Shown piece after piece: positions 9,270 through 18,386 of a DNA stretch of 64,000 nt; the first letter of the stretch is position 1; the number at the start of each line of letters is the position of its first letter. Under the pieces are notes generated by a model that had not been told where the DNA came from, made no database searches, and saw only the letters and a program-made list of their open reading frames with translations. The DNA is from an uncultured delta proteobacterium (GTDB lineage Bacteria > Myxococcota_A > Polyangia > Polyangiales > JAFGIB01): positions 608,001-672,000 of the forward strand of contig CAVZVA010000003.1 of the NCBI GenBank assembly GCA_963778655.1. The letters are read 5' to 3'. Position numbers and translations under genes: made by a program.

Positions 9270-10405
9270 CTATGGGCAGAAAGTGACCGGTGCGGTCAGG
9301 TCCATGTTCTTGAGGATGAAGCTGTACTTTTTCGGCTTGCCCCAGGTGCAGGCCGCGTCGAATTGGCCCGAGTTGTACTCGCACGCGAAGACCGGCTTGT
9401 TGGCGTCGATGTACGGCTGCATGTCCGAGCACCAGTTGCCGCCGGCGTAGCAGTCCTCGGTGAGCGCCCCGTCGTAGCTGGATTGAATGCTGGAGGTGAT
9501 CTCGGAGGCGTTCTTCTGCACGATCGCCATGTTGCGATCGTGACACTCGGTGGCCAGCCATTTCGCGTAGTCGACACCGTCGGACTGCGTGAGCGGAAAA
9601 CCTGAGTTGTCGCTGAACACGTCCATGTTGTCGGGCTCGACCGCGTCGAAGCCCTTGCTCTGGCAGACGTCGAGGCGCTTCGCCATGATGTCGCGCAACG
9701 CCTGGGCGCGGATGTCCACGAACTGCTCGCCGGGCCAGCCGGGGTAGTCGTTGCCCAGCACCGCCGCGGGGAAATCGCCCGCGTCTGGCCGCCAGTCCTC
9801 GTAGCTGCCGACGCTGACGTAGCAGATGACCTTCTTGCCGGCCTGGTGCAGCTGCGTAACGACGCTGGCGCTCTGCTCCCAGTCGATGTCGAAGACGTCG
9901 ACCGCGAGGCTCGGGTCGATCGTGCCGCCGCCGATCTGCCACTGCCAGGAGAGGCCCGCGGTCGGCTTCCACCAACTGCCGGCAGCGCTCGACCCACCCG
10001 TACCGCCGCCCGTGCCGCCCGTGCCGCCCGTGCCGCCCGTGCCGCCCGTGCCCGCGGTGCCGCCCGTGCCCGCGATGCCGCCCGCGGGCACACTGCCGCC
10101 GGTTCCAGTCGCACCGCCGGTGCCGGGGCTGGCAGCGCCGCCGGCCGTTCCGGCCACACCCGCGCCCGCACCGCTCTGGGCCGCTCCCCCGGTGGCCCCG
10201 CCGGTTCCGCCGCCCAACGTTCCGCCCGTACCGCCTGGGCCGGCGACGGCCGCACCGCCGCCCGCCTGGATCCCCGGCGTGCCTCCGCTGCCGGAGCCTC
10301 CGCCGACGCCCGGCGCGCCGGGGGGAAACCGGACGACGCGCCCGACGCTGCGCAAGCGGCCAGGGCGAACAAACCGATGACGGGTACTTTCGGCGCAAAG
10401 CTCAT
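9270..10405 (-). CDS. GH114-like endo-alpha-1,4-polygalactosaminidase lipoprotein with Gly/Thr linker (apparent 1-bp frameshift at 10320-10325)
   Basis: SWQWQI, ICYVSVGSYEDWRPDA, KGFDAVEPDNMD, QKNA, LTEDC; the lipoprotein signal MSFAPKVPVIGLFALAAC lies in another frame. Confidence 0.85.
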
Positions 10406-10555
10406 GGCGATTCTTCCTGAAGCTGTCGCAGCACGCGTCGTCCGCAACGTGCCGCAGCTGGAGCCGAGTGCTCTCCCATACGGTACGTGGCATCCAACCC
10501 TCGAAACCTGGTCACCCATCGCACATTCAGCCCCTTCACCCGACCCCCGTTGCGC

Positions 10556-10697
10556 CCCAGCACGATTCTCTGCCCCTGCTGCCAGCGCGGCACCTCGCTT
10601 CCCAGCACGCTCTTCTGCCTCCCCTCCCGGCGCGATCTGCTGCTTCGCGTCCACCGCCTCGTGGTTCTGCGCGCGCCTGGCCTCCCCGCCAAACCGC
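10556..10697. repeat. Repeat family E (degenerate; second copy at 8784-8919)
   Basis: Colinear blocks CCCAGCACGAT, CGCGGCACCTC, GCACGnTCTTCnGCC, TTCTGC, AAACCGC. Confidence 0.7.
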
Positions 10698-10711
10698 AGT
10701 ACCCTTGCGCC

Positions 10712-11872
10712 GTGCCGCGCTCCCTGTTTCGCGCCACCACCCGCGAGCTCGCCCTGCGCCTCGACCGTGCGTTCACCGGGACCGCGCTCGCGCCTCGCGG
10801 GCCCACGGCGCTCGGCCACGACGAGCGGCTGCAAGCCCTTGCCCTGATCGAGCGTTTCTACGATCGCCCCGAGTACCTCGCCGATCCGAGCAGCTTCTTC
10901 GGCCGTGCCGATCCGATCGAGCCCGAGATCCAGCGCGTGCGCGGCCTCGGCCGCGACGGCGAGGTGCTCGAGCTGCGCTGGCCCAGCGCGTTCGAGCCGC
11001 TCTGGACCGACCAGGCGCTTGGCGACTTGCTCGCTGGCGACGCCGGCGGTCCTCCGCGCGCGCATCCCCCTTTCGATCGCAGCGGCAGCTTGCGCGACAA
11101 GTACCTCGCGGCGCGCGCGAACCGCACCGCGATGGCGCGCTGGTTTCGCCACACTGGCCCGCCACGCCCGTGCGCCGTGATGCTGCACGGCTTCATGGGC
11201 GGCACGCTTGTGCTCGAGGAACGCCTGTGGCCCGTGCGCAGGCTGTTCGCGGGCGGCATGGACGTCGTGCTCAGCGTGCTGCCCTTTCACGGCGCGCGCC
11301 GCGACCAGCGCCGCGGCCTGCGACCGCCTGCGTTTCCTTCGGGCGATCCGCGCTTCACGATCGAGGGCATGCGCCAGCTGGTGCGCGATCACCAAGCCCT
11401 ATTCCACTACCTCGAGCGCCGCGGCGCGCCCGCGCTGGGCGTGATGGGCATGAGCCTGGGCGGCTACGCCGCGGCGCTGCTCGCCACGCTCGACGCGCGC
11501 CTGCGCTTCGCGGTGCTGTTCGTCCCGCTGGCATCGATCGACGCGTTCGCGCACGAGCACGGACGCATGCTGGGCAGCGCGGCCGAGCAGCGCGCGCAGG
11601 CCGAGGCGCTGCGCCGCGCCCAGCGCGTGATAAGCCCGCTCGCACGCCCTTCCAAGGTGGCGCCCGGCAACGTGATCGTGATCGCCGGCGAGCACGACGC
11701 CGTGACCGGGCTTGCGCACTCGCGCCCGCTGGCGGAGCATTTCGGCGTCGAGGTGACCAGCTTTGCAGGCGGGCACTTGCTGCAGCTCGGCCGCGCGCGG
11801 GCGTTCGAGCCCGTGTTCGAGTTGCTCGCGCGCAGCGGGCTCTACACGCCGCGAGCCGCGGGCGCTCCCTGA
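10712..11872 (+). CDS. Alpha/beta hydrolase family protein
   Basis: LHGFMGG, LPFHGAR, GMSLGG nucleophile elbow, GEHD, GGH; start uncertain. Confidence 0.85.
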   Translation: MPRSLFRATTRELALRLDRAFTGTALAPRGPTALGHDERLQALALIERFYDRPEYLADPSSFFGRADPIEPEIQRVRGLGRDGEVLELRWPSAFEPLWTDQALGDLLAGDAGGPPRAHPPFDRSGSLRDKYLAARANRTAMARWFRHTGPPRPCAVMLHGFMGGTLVLEERLWPVRRLFAGGMDVVLSVLPFHGARRDQRRGLRPPAFPSGDPRFTIEGMRQLVRDHQALFHYLERRGAPALGVMGMSLGGYAAALLATLDARLRFAVLFVPLASIDAFAHEHGRMLGSAAEQRAQAEALRRAQRVISPLARPSKVAPGNVIVIAGEHDAVTGLAHSRPLAEHFGVEVTSFAGGHLLQLGRARAFEPVFELLARSGLYTPRAAGAP

Positions 11873-12429
11873 TGCCGCGGCTCTTCACCGCAATCGACCT
11901 CGACCATTGCACCCGCGCCGAGCTCGAGCGCGCGCTGCGCCCCGTGCGCGAGCAAGCTCCCGCACAGTTGCGCTGGCTGGCGCCCGAGAGCTGGCACTTC
12001 ACACTGCAGTTTCTGGGCGCGGTGCAGGACGCTGCCGTGGCTGCGCTGGGCGACGCCTGCGCCCGCGCGGCCAGCGCGCAGGCACCGTTCGAGCTCGAGC
12101 TGTCGGGCGCCGGCACGTTCGCCTCGGCGCGCGCTGCGCGCGTGGTGTGGATCGGCGTGAGCCGAGGCGCCGAGGCGATGGCCGCGCTCTACGACGCGCT
12201 GACCGCGCAGACCGGGCCACTGGGCTTTCCACCCGAAGCGCGTCCCTACAGCCCGCATCTCACCGTCGCGCGCTGCAAGCGCCCGCTGCGCCTCGAAGCC
12301 TTGCTCGGCGCCGTAGAGCTTGTGCCGCTCGCCATACAGGTGTCCGAGCTCACGCTCTTCCGCTCGCATCTGTCGTCGCAAGGCGCGCGCTACGAAGCGC
12401 TGAGCCGCTACCCGCTGGGTCGGGGTTAG
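11872..12429 (+). CDS. thpR: RNA 2',3'-cyclic phosphodiesterase (2H phosphoesterase)
   Basis: MPRLFTAI start, two HxT motifs (HFTLQFLG, PHLTVAR), LFRS...ARY; TGATG overlap. Confidence 0.92.
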   Translation: MPRLFTAIDLDHCTRAELERALRPVREQAPAQLRWLAPESWHFTLQFLGAVQDAAVAALGDACARAASAQAPFELELSGAGTFASARAARVVWIGVSRGAEAMAALYDALTAQTGPLGFPPEARPYSPHLTVARCKRPLRLEALLGAVELVPLAIQVSELTLFRSHLSSQGARYEALSRYPLGRG

Positions 12430-12534
12430 GACCCGAGCCCGATCCCAGCCCGTAGGGCACGCGCGCGCCCGGCAACCAGCTCTGCGGCTTACGCGGCCGG
12501 CTCGCAGCCGACCCCGGGCAAGGGCCCGCATTCA

Positions 12535-12640
12535 CCATTTTCGTATTCTGAAGTTACGTATATGTCCCCAATATGATTCTGATAACCACTTGATATTACT
12601 TCAATCTATGTATTCTATTCGTATACAAAATTTTCCATGA
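12535..12640. promoter_or_regulatory. Strongly AT-rich island upstream of the TIGR02147-like gene
   Basis: About 105 bp that is visibly the most AT-rich stretch of the window. Confidence 0.55.
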
Positions 12641-12683
12641 GCTTCTTGATCGACAGACCCGTGCCCCGCATGCTGACACAGCG

Positions 12684-13562
12684 ATGGCAGCCAAGCGCAA
12701 GGCCCGCAGAAGCCCGGACAACGGCGTCAGCGTCTACGACTTCCTGGATTACCGGGCTTACCTGCGCGCCTATTACGAGGCGGCCAAGCGCGCCCGGCCG
12801 AGCTTTTCGTTTCGCCTGTTCTCGAAGCTCGCAGGCCTGCGCTCGCCGAACTTCTTGAAGCTGGTCATCGACGGCGAGCGCAACCTCGGCCCCGACTCGG
12901 TCGAGCGCTTCGCCGCGGCGCTCGGGCTCGAGCCGGGCGAGGCGGAGTTCTTTTCGGACCTGGTGGCCTTCGGCCAGGCACAGACGCTGGCGGCCAAGAA
13001 CCGCGCCTTCGAGCGCATCGCCGCCTCGCGCCGCTTCCGCCAGGCGCGCCGCATCGACGGCGAGCTGTTCGCGTATCTGTCGCACTGGTACAACCCCGCG
13101 ATTCGCGAGCTGGCGGCGCGCGAGGACTTCCAGGAAGAGCCGCGCTGGGTCGCCAGCCAGCTGTGCCCGCGCATCACGCCGGCCGAGGCGGCCGAAGCGA
13201 TGAAGCTGCTGCTCTCGCTCGGGCTGCTGGTGCGCGACGCCAAGAGCGGCCGCGTGGTGCGTGGCGAGCCCACGCTGACCACCGAGCACGAGGTGCGCTC
13301 GCTCGGCGCCGCGGCCTTTCACCGCCAGATGCTCGAGCGCGCAGGGCAAGCGATCGAATCGGTGCCGCGCGAGTTGCGCGACCTCGCGGCGCTCACGGTG
13401 TGCGTGAGCCCCGAGACCGCGGCGCAGGTCAAGCAGCGCATCCACCAGTTCCGCGAAACCATCACCGAGCTGTGCGACTCCGACGCGCACGGCCGCGTCG
13501 TCTATCAGCTCAACCTGCAGTGGTTTCCACTGTCGCGCTCCGAAAAGGACGAAGCCGAATGA
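12684..13562 (+). CDS. TIGR02147/DUF4423 family HTH protein
   Basis: YDFLDYRAYLRAYY, FSFRLFSKLAGLRSPNFLKLVIDGERNL, WYNPAIREL, FHRQML, VYQLNLQWFPLS. Confidence 0.9.
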   Translation: MAAKRKARRSPDNGVSVYDFLDYRAYLRAYYEAAKRARPSFSFRLFSKLAGLRSPNFLKLVIDGERNLGPDSVERFAAALGLEPGEAEFFSDLVAFGQAQTLAAKNRAFERIAASRRFRQARRIDGELFAYLSHWYNPAIRELAAREDFQEEPRWVASQLCPRITPAEAAEAMKLLLSLGLLVRDAKSGRVVRGEPTLTTEHEVRSLGAAAFHRQMLERAGQAIESVPRELRDLAALTVCVSPETAAQVKQRIHQFRETITELCDSDAHGRVVYQLNLQWFPLSRSEKDEAE

Positions 13563-14389
13563 AGCCTGCTCTCGCGCTGCTGGGATGCGCGCTCGCGCTG
13601 TCGGCCTGCGGCTCCACCGGGGTCGGCAATCCGGTGGAAGACCAGACGCTCGCGCTCGGGATCACCGTCGACGATGAGCACGCGACACCGGCGCCCGACG
13701 CGGCGCTGGCAGCGGACGCGGCCGCGGCCGCCGAGGACGACGGCGGCAGCGAAGCGACCGACGCCGGCAGCGGGGCGCCCGCGACCGATGCGGCGCTGCC
13801 GCGCGGCGCGGTGCTGGACGCGGTGCTCGTGCTGGGCGAGCTGCGCTGGCTGCCCTGCGACACGACCCGGCCGCCCACCGTGGTCCAGGGGCCGTTCGTG
13901 CTCGACTTGATCTCGCGGCGCAGCGAGCCGGCGATCCCGGCGGTCGAGGTCCCCGCGGGCGGCTACTGCGGGATCGACGCGCCGCTCGCTCCGGCGCGAC
14001 GCCAGGCCGCGCTGATCGGACGCTCGCTGTTCTTCGACGGCGTGCGGGCCGACGGCGCCGCGTTCATCGTGTACGCCGACATGCACGCCACGCTGCGCGT
14101 GCGTGCACCGCAGGCCGGCGGCTGGGACGCCGGCGCGAATCGGGCGCTGCTGTGGGCGTTCCGCCCGCGGCGCTGGCTCGCGCCGCCCGAGATCGACAGC
14201 GCCGAGACCACGCCCTGGGACGATCAGAGGCGCGCGGTGGTGATCGACGTGGATCGCCACCCCGCGCTGTTCCTCGCGATCCGCAAGCGTCTCGCGGGCA
14301 AGAGCACCATGTACGCGGATCGCGAGCGCGACGGCGTGGTGGACGCGATGGACGAGGTGGTCGGCTTCGGCTCGGACGACGCCGATTGA
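13559..14389 (+). CDS. Lipoprotein, hypothetical
   Basis: MKPALALLGCALALSAC lipobox followed by GSTGVGNP; ATGA overlap. Confidence 0.8.
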   Translation: MKPALALLGCALALSACGSTGVGNPVEDQTLALGITVDDEHATPAPDAALAADAAAAAEDDGGSEATDAGSGAPATDAALPRGAVLDAVLVLGELRWLPCDTTRPPTVVQGPFVLDLISRRSEPAIPAVEVPAGGYCGIDAPLAPARRQAALIGRSLFFDGVRADGAAFIVYADMHATLRVRAPQAGGWDAGANRALLWAFRPRRWLAPPEIDSAETTPWDDQRRAVVIDVDRHPALFLAIRKRLAGKSTMYADRERDGVVDAMDEVVGFGSDDAD

Positions 14390-14457
14390 AACAGGCTCGG
14401 CCCGGTGTGTGCCGGCGCCGCGGAAGGCCGCCAGGGCCGGAACAGAAGGAGCATGAC

Positions 14458-15618
14458 ATGACACGCGCAATCTACAGCCAACTCGCAATCGCCGTGCTGT
14501 GCGCGGCCGGCCTCGGCGCCTGTGCCGCCAACACGAGCTCATCGGGCAGCGACGCGCTCGAGGGCGTGCCCGAGCAAGCCGCCTACGAGCTGAGCGTCAG
14601 CGACGACACCGCCAGCGAAAGCCTGGCCGGAGACGATGACGCGATCGATCCAGCGGTCGATCAGAGCGCGCAGGCGCTCGACGAGCTGGGCGCCGCGCTC
14701 AGCTCGGATCCCGCGCCCGGCCTGGCGCACTGTCGCGAAGCGGTGAGCCATCTGAACCAGGCGCTGCGCAGGTTCATGCAGCCGATCGTCGCGCTGGTGC
14801 GCGGCATGGATCCGACCAGCACCGTGGGTAAGGTGCAGACCTGGGGCCCGCTCACGCGCGGCGCGACCGAGTTTCGCTTCATCCTGCGCCACGGCACGGC
14901 GCGCCATTACGGCTGGCTGCTGCAGGCGCGGCCCGCGGGCTCGAGCGACGGCTTCAAGAGCGTCGCGGCCGGAGGCATCACGGTCGGCTTCGCGCCGCGG
15001 CGTGGCGCCGGCAGCCTGGGGCTGAATCTCGACGCGCTCGCATATGCAGACCCGACCGTGCTCGCGCGCGGTACGCTGCTCGCCGCCTTCAAGCACGGGC
15101 CGGGCGGCAGCGTGCTCGGCTATGCGTTGCGCGACTTCACGCCCGACCCCGCCGCGGCCGATCCGATCAACGCGCTGGCTCAGGACGTGCGGCTGCCCGC
15201 CGGCTACAACCGGCTGCGCCTGGCGTATCGCGGCAACCTGCCGGAGACGTCCACCGATGCGCAGGAGCTGGTGCTCGCCCGGGTGCGCCACAAGCGCGGC
15301 GTGGGCGGGCGCGCGGACTTCGTGGTGAGCGGCGGAGACATCGCAGACGGCAAGCTCTGGGTGGTGAGCGAGTGCTGGGACAAAGCGCTGCAATCGGCGT
15401 TCCGCAGCGTGCGCGAGTGCCCCGGAGACGGCATCGGCAGCGACCGCTGCACGGTGGTCCACACCCGCGGCGATGCCGCGGCCTGCGCCGCGCTGGTGAG
15501 CGACGCCGAGCTGCCGCCCGCCGATGCCAGCGCGCCGATGCCCGACCCGCAGAGCCCGGAGGGCGACGTCACGCCGCCCGACTCGATGCCCGACGGCGCG
15601 GCCCCGTCCGGCGGTTGA
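14458..15618 (+). CDS. Lipoprotein, hypothetical
   Basis: MTRAIYSQLAIAVLCAAGLGAC; AAGGAG RBS; C-terminal SECWD...C motif. Confidence 0.8.
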   Translation: MTRAIYSQLAIAVLCAAGLGACAANTSSSGSDALEGVPEQAAYELSVSDDTASESLAGDDDAIDPAVDQSAQALDELGAALSSDPAPGLAHCREAVSHLNQALRRFMQPIVALVRGMDPTSTVGKVQTWGPLTRGATEFRFILRHGTARHYGWLLQARPAGSSDGFKSVAAGGITVGFAPRRGAGSLGLNLDALAYADPTVLARGTLLAAFKHGPGGSVLGYALRDFTPDPAAADPINALAQDVRLPAGYNRLRLAYRGNLPETSTDAQELVLARVRHKRGVGGRADFVVSGGDIADGKLWVVSECWDKALQSAFRSVRECPGDGIGSDRCTVVHTRGDAAACAALVSDAELPPADASAPMPDPQSPEGDVTPPDSMPDGAAPSGG

Positions 15619-16054
15619 CGCTGCCGGCGCCGCGTTCGCCGGTGCGCCGCGCCACGCGCGGGCGCCGGCGAACGGGCGCGGCGGCGCCCGCCCGATCGCG
15701 CCGCCGCTACAGGGGAATGGTGTCCGCCAGCCGGCGGAGGGACGCCGGGGAAGTCGTGCTTGGGGCGCCCGTTGTCGGCATCCGACCCCGATGCCGCGCT
15801 GCGGCGACTGTAAGGGGCATGCAGCAGCACCTAGGCGAGATCAGCCGGGGCGGGCACGCGCAGCGCGCGGCCGATCGAGAGGTGCCCTCGGGGTTGCTTG
15901 CTCGCGCTCGCGTTCACGCACCCGGGCCAGCGCGCGCTGGGCCTCGACAGCGTGCTCTTCCCGTGTTCCTACCTTACTGTTGCGTCTCCGCAACACCGGA
16001 CAGGTGCAGCGGTCAGGCGGGCGCGGGGCGGGTGGCGTTGAGCGCCGAGCCGGC

Positions 16055-16603
16055 GTGAAACCACTCCAGCTGCGGCCGGCTGTAGGAGTGGCCCAGCCAC
16101 AGGCGCTCGCGGCTCCCGTCGGCGTGCTGCAGCAGGCACTCGACCGGTTCTCGGGCGAGAAACATCGCGGGTCCGCGCCACCCTGAGCTGGTCGACCTAC
16201 CGCTGCTCGAGGACCGCTTCGTGCTGATCTGCCGTGACGATCACCCGCTGGCGAGCCGCAAGCGGCTGCCGTGGCGCGCGCTCGAGCCGCACCCGCTGGT
16301 GTTCGTGGGCGCCGAGAGCGGCAACCGCCCGCTGCTCGACAGCGCGCTCGCGACGCAGGACCTGCGCCTGCAGGCGCACTACGAGGTGCAGCGCAGCTCG
16401 ACTGCGGTCGGCCTGGTCGCGGCAGGCGTCGCGGCCGCGGTGGTGCCGAGCCTGGCGCTGCAGCGCGGCGCCTATCCCAACCTGCGCGTGGTCCCGCTGC
16501 ACCAGCCCGTGGTGTCGCGGAAGCTGGTGCTGGTGTCGCGCAGGGGCGCGCAGCTCTCGCCCGCGCGCAGGCGCTGTTCGAGCTGATCCTCAGCCGCGGC
16601 TGA
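16055..16603 (+). pseudogene. Degraded LysR-family regulator
   Basis: Substrate-binding C-terminal part (EDRFVLIC..DHPLA, GLVAAGVAAAVVP, SRKLVLV..LSP) present; frameshift near 16563; N-terminal region mostly missing. Confidence 0.75.
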
Positions 16604-16753
16604 ACGCCGCGGTGCGCGGGCCGCGAACGCGGGCCAGATCAGAGCTCGCGATTCGGGAGCGAACCACGAGCTCTCATCTAGCAGCTAGAGCAGGGCAGCG
16701 AGCGCGCGCGAGCGATTCCGCGCCCGCCCGCTCGACGCTTGCCTGCGCGGCCG

Positions 16754-17185
16754 CTACTCCGGCAGGGTCGCGCCCGAGCCACCCATCTCCGCCGGTACGT
16801 CCTTCATCTTGGGAAGTCCGTCGCGAACGTGCAGCACCGTCTCCTGGTAGTTCACGTGCAGCGCAGGCTTGAAAGCAAACTCGGGGATCACCGCGGCGTA
16901 CACGTCGACCAGCTTCCAGGGCGGGTGCTCGGTGAACAGGTGCCCGCCGCACTGCTTGCACCACTTGCGCAGGCTCTGCGGGGTCTTCTTGTAGCTGCCG
17001 ATCTGGTCGGCACCCTTGACCACCTTCACCGAATCCGGGCTCCACAGCGAAAACGCGTTGATCGGCCCAGCCGACCAGCGCCGGCACGAGTCGCAGTGAC
17101 AGTAGCCCATGGCCACCGGCTCCCCGCTCACGCTCAGCTCGACCGCTCCGCAAAAGCACGTGCCTCGATAGCTCTTGTCGCTCAT
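16754..17185 (-). CDS. GFA family Zn-binding protein
   Basis: GTCFCG, CHCDSCRR, WCKQCG; GGAGAG RBS. Confidence 0.92.
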   Translation of the reverse strand: MSDKSYRGTCFCGAVELSVSGEPVAMGYCHCDSCRRWSAGPINAFSLWSPDSVKVVKGADQIGSYKKTPQSLRKWCKQCGGHLFTEHPPWKLVDVYAAVIPEFAFKPALHVNYQETVLHVRDGLPKMKDVPAEMGGSGATLPE

Positions 17186-17473
17186 GGTCTCTCTCCGTTC
17201 ATGTTTCCTTTGGATGTCTACGTCGCCGCGCGCATGCCCGTTTCAGGCGGCTGCCAGAAAGCTCGCAAGGCCGGTGAGCTCCCGCCCGCGAGCCCCGGCC
17301 GAACGTACCGCGGATGACACATGTGTCGGCCGTGGCGCCGGGAGGGCGCGGCGGATCAACCTACGTAACGCGCGTCCTTCCGATTTTGCTCCGCAGAAAC
17401 GTCGGCGAAATCCCTCCGGATCAGGTTGCGCGCATGCTCGGAGGACGAGAACGAGCAGCGCACGAGGCACCTC

Positions 17474-17668
17474 ATGGAAGACATGCCCAAGAGCGACCCG
17501 ATGAAGTTCACGCGCGAGCGCCTGATCGAGATCGGCACGGTCTGGAAGGCGTTTGCCAAGGAGCGCGCCGAGACCTACCGGGACAAGCTGCCGCCTTCCC
17601 TCAAGCAATACCTGCAGCCCAAGCCCAAGCCTGAGTCGCCCGCGGACCCTCCGCCTCCCCCATCCTGA
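17474..17668 (+). CDS. Small hypothetical protein or gene remnant
   Basis: GC3-biased codons, protein-like composition, Pro-rich tail; GAGG upstream. Confidence 0.35.
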   Translation: MEDMPKSDPMKFTRERLIEIGTVWKAFAKERAETYRDKLPPSLKQYLQPKPKPESPADPPPPPS

Positions 17669-17728
17669 GTCGGCGCACGGCGGAAGCTGGTCGTGGCTGC
17701 GCGGGCGCGCGCGTGACATGGTTCGCGC

Positions 17729-18349
17729 GTGCGGCTCTACGACTCGACCATCCCCTCCGGCAACGCGTACAAGGTTCACCTGATGCTGTCACAGCTCGGG
17801 CTGCCCTACGAGACGAGCGAGCTCGACATCTTGGCCACGCCTTCGCAGACGCGGCTGCCGGCATTTGTGGCGAAGAACCCCAACGGGCGGATCCCGGTGC
17901 TGGAGCTCGACGACGGCCGCTGCCTGCCCGAGTCGAACGCGATCCTGTGCTACCTGGCGGAAGGCACGCCGCTGCTCGCCGAGGGGCGCTGGGAGCGGGC
18001 GCAGACGCTGCAGTGGTTGTTCTTCGAGCAGTACAGCCACGAGCCGTACGTCGCGGTGCTCAAGTTCTGGACCTATTGGGGCGGGCTCGACAAGTTGCGC
18101 GCGGACGAGATCGAGCGCCTGCGGGTACGCGCGCAGGCCGCTCTCGACGTGATGGAGACTCATCTCGGCACACGCGCGTTCTTCGTGGATGAGCGCTACT
18201 CGATCGCCGACATCGCGCTTTTCGCCTACACGCAGAGCGCCGAGGCCATCGGCCTGTCGATCGGACCACGGGTCGCCGCCTGGCTCGAGCGCGTGCGCGC
18301 ACAGCCCGGACACGTGCCGATCAAGCGCGATCCGCTGGGCAAGGTCTGA
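17729..18349 (+). CDS. Glutathione S-transferase family protein
   Basis: SGNAYKV, KNPNGRIPVL, ESNAILCYLA, WLFFEQYSHEP, YSIADIALFAYT. Confidence 0.95.
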   Translation: MRLYDSTIPSGNAYKVHLMLSQLGLPYETSELDILATPSQTRLPAFVAKNPNGRIPVLELDDGRCLPESNAILCYLAEGTPLLAEGRWERAQTLQWLFFEQYSHEPYVAVLKFWTYWGGLDKLRADEIERLRVRAQAALDVMETHLGTRAFFVDERYSIADIALFAYTQSAEAIGLSIGPRVAAWLERVRAQPGHVPIKRDPLGKV

Positions 18350-18386
18350 GGCCCGTGCGCGACCCGCGCCGCGGGCGGCGGCTCGC

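Noticed and set aside
8530..9605. ORFs crossing family A repeats, including the N-terminal extension of 8297..9037
   Set aside because: These are translations of non-coding repeats; only the last ~70 codons look like a real gene.
10000..10320. GTGCCGCCC-type 9-bp repeats as a separate element
   Set aside because: They encode an ordinary Gly-Thr-Gly linker of the GH114 protein.
12578..12602. Possible dif/Xer-like site (GATAACCACTTGATATTAC)
   Set aside because: No convincing two-arm 11-6-11 match; cannot be supported by eye.
12621..12638. Third copy of the GTATACA-N4-TGTATAC operator
   Set aside because: Only the left half-site matches.
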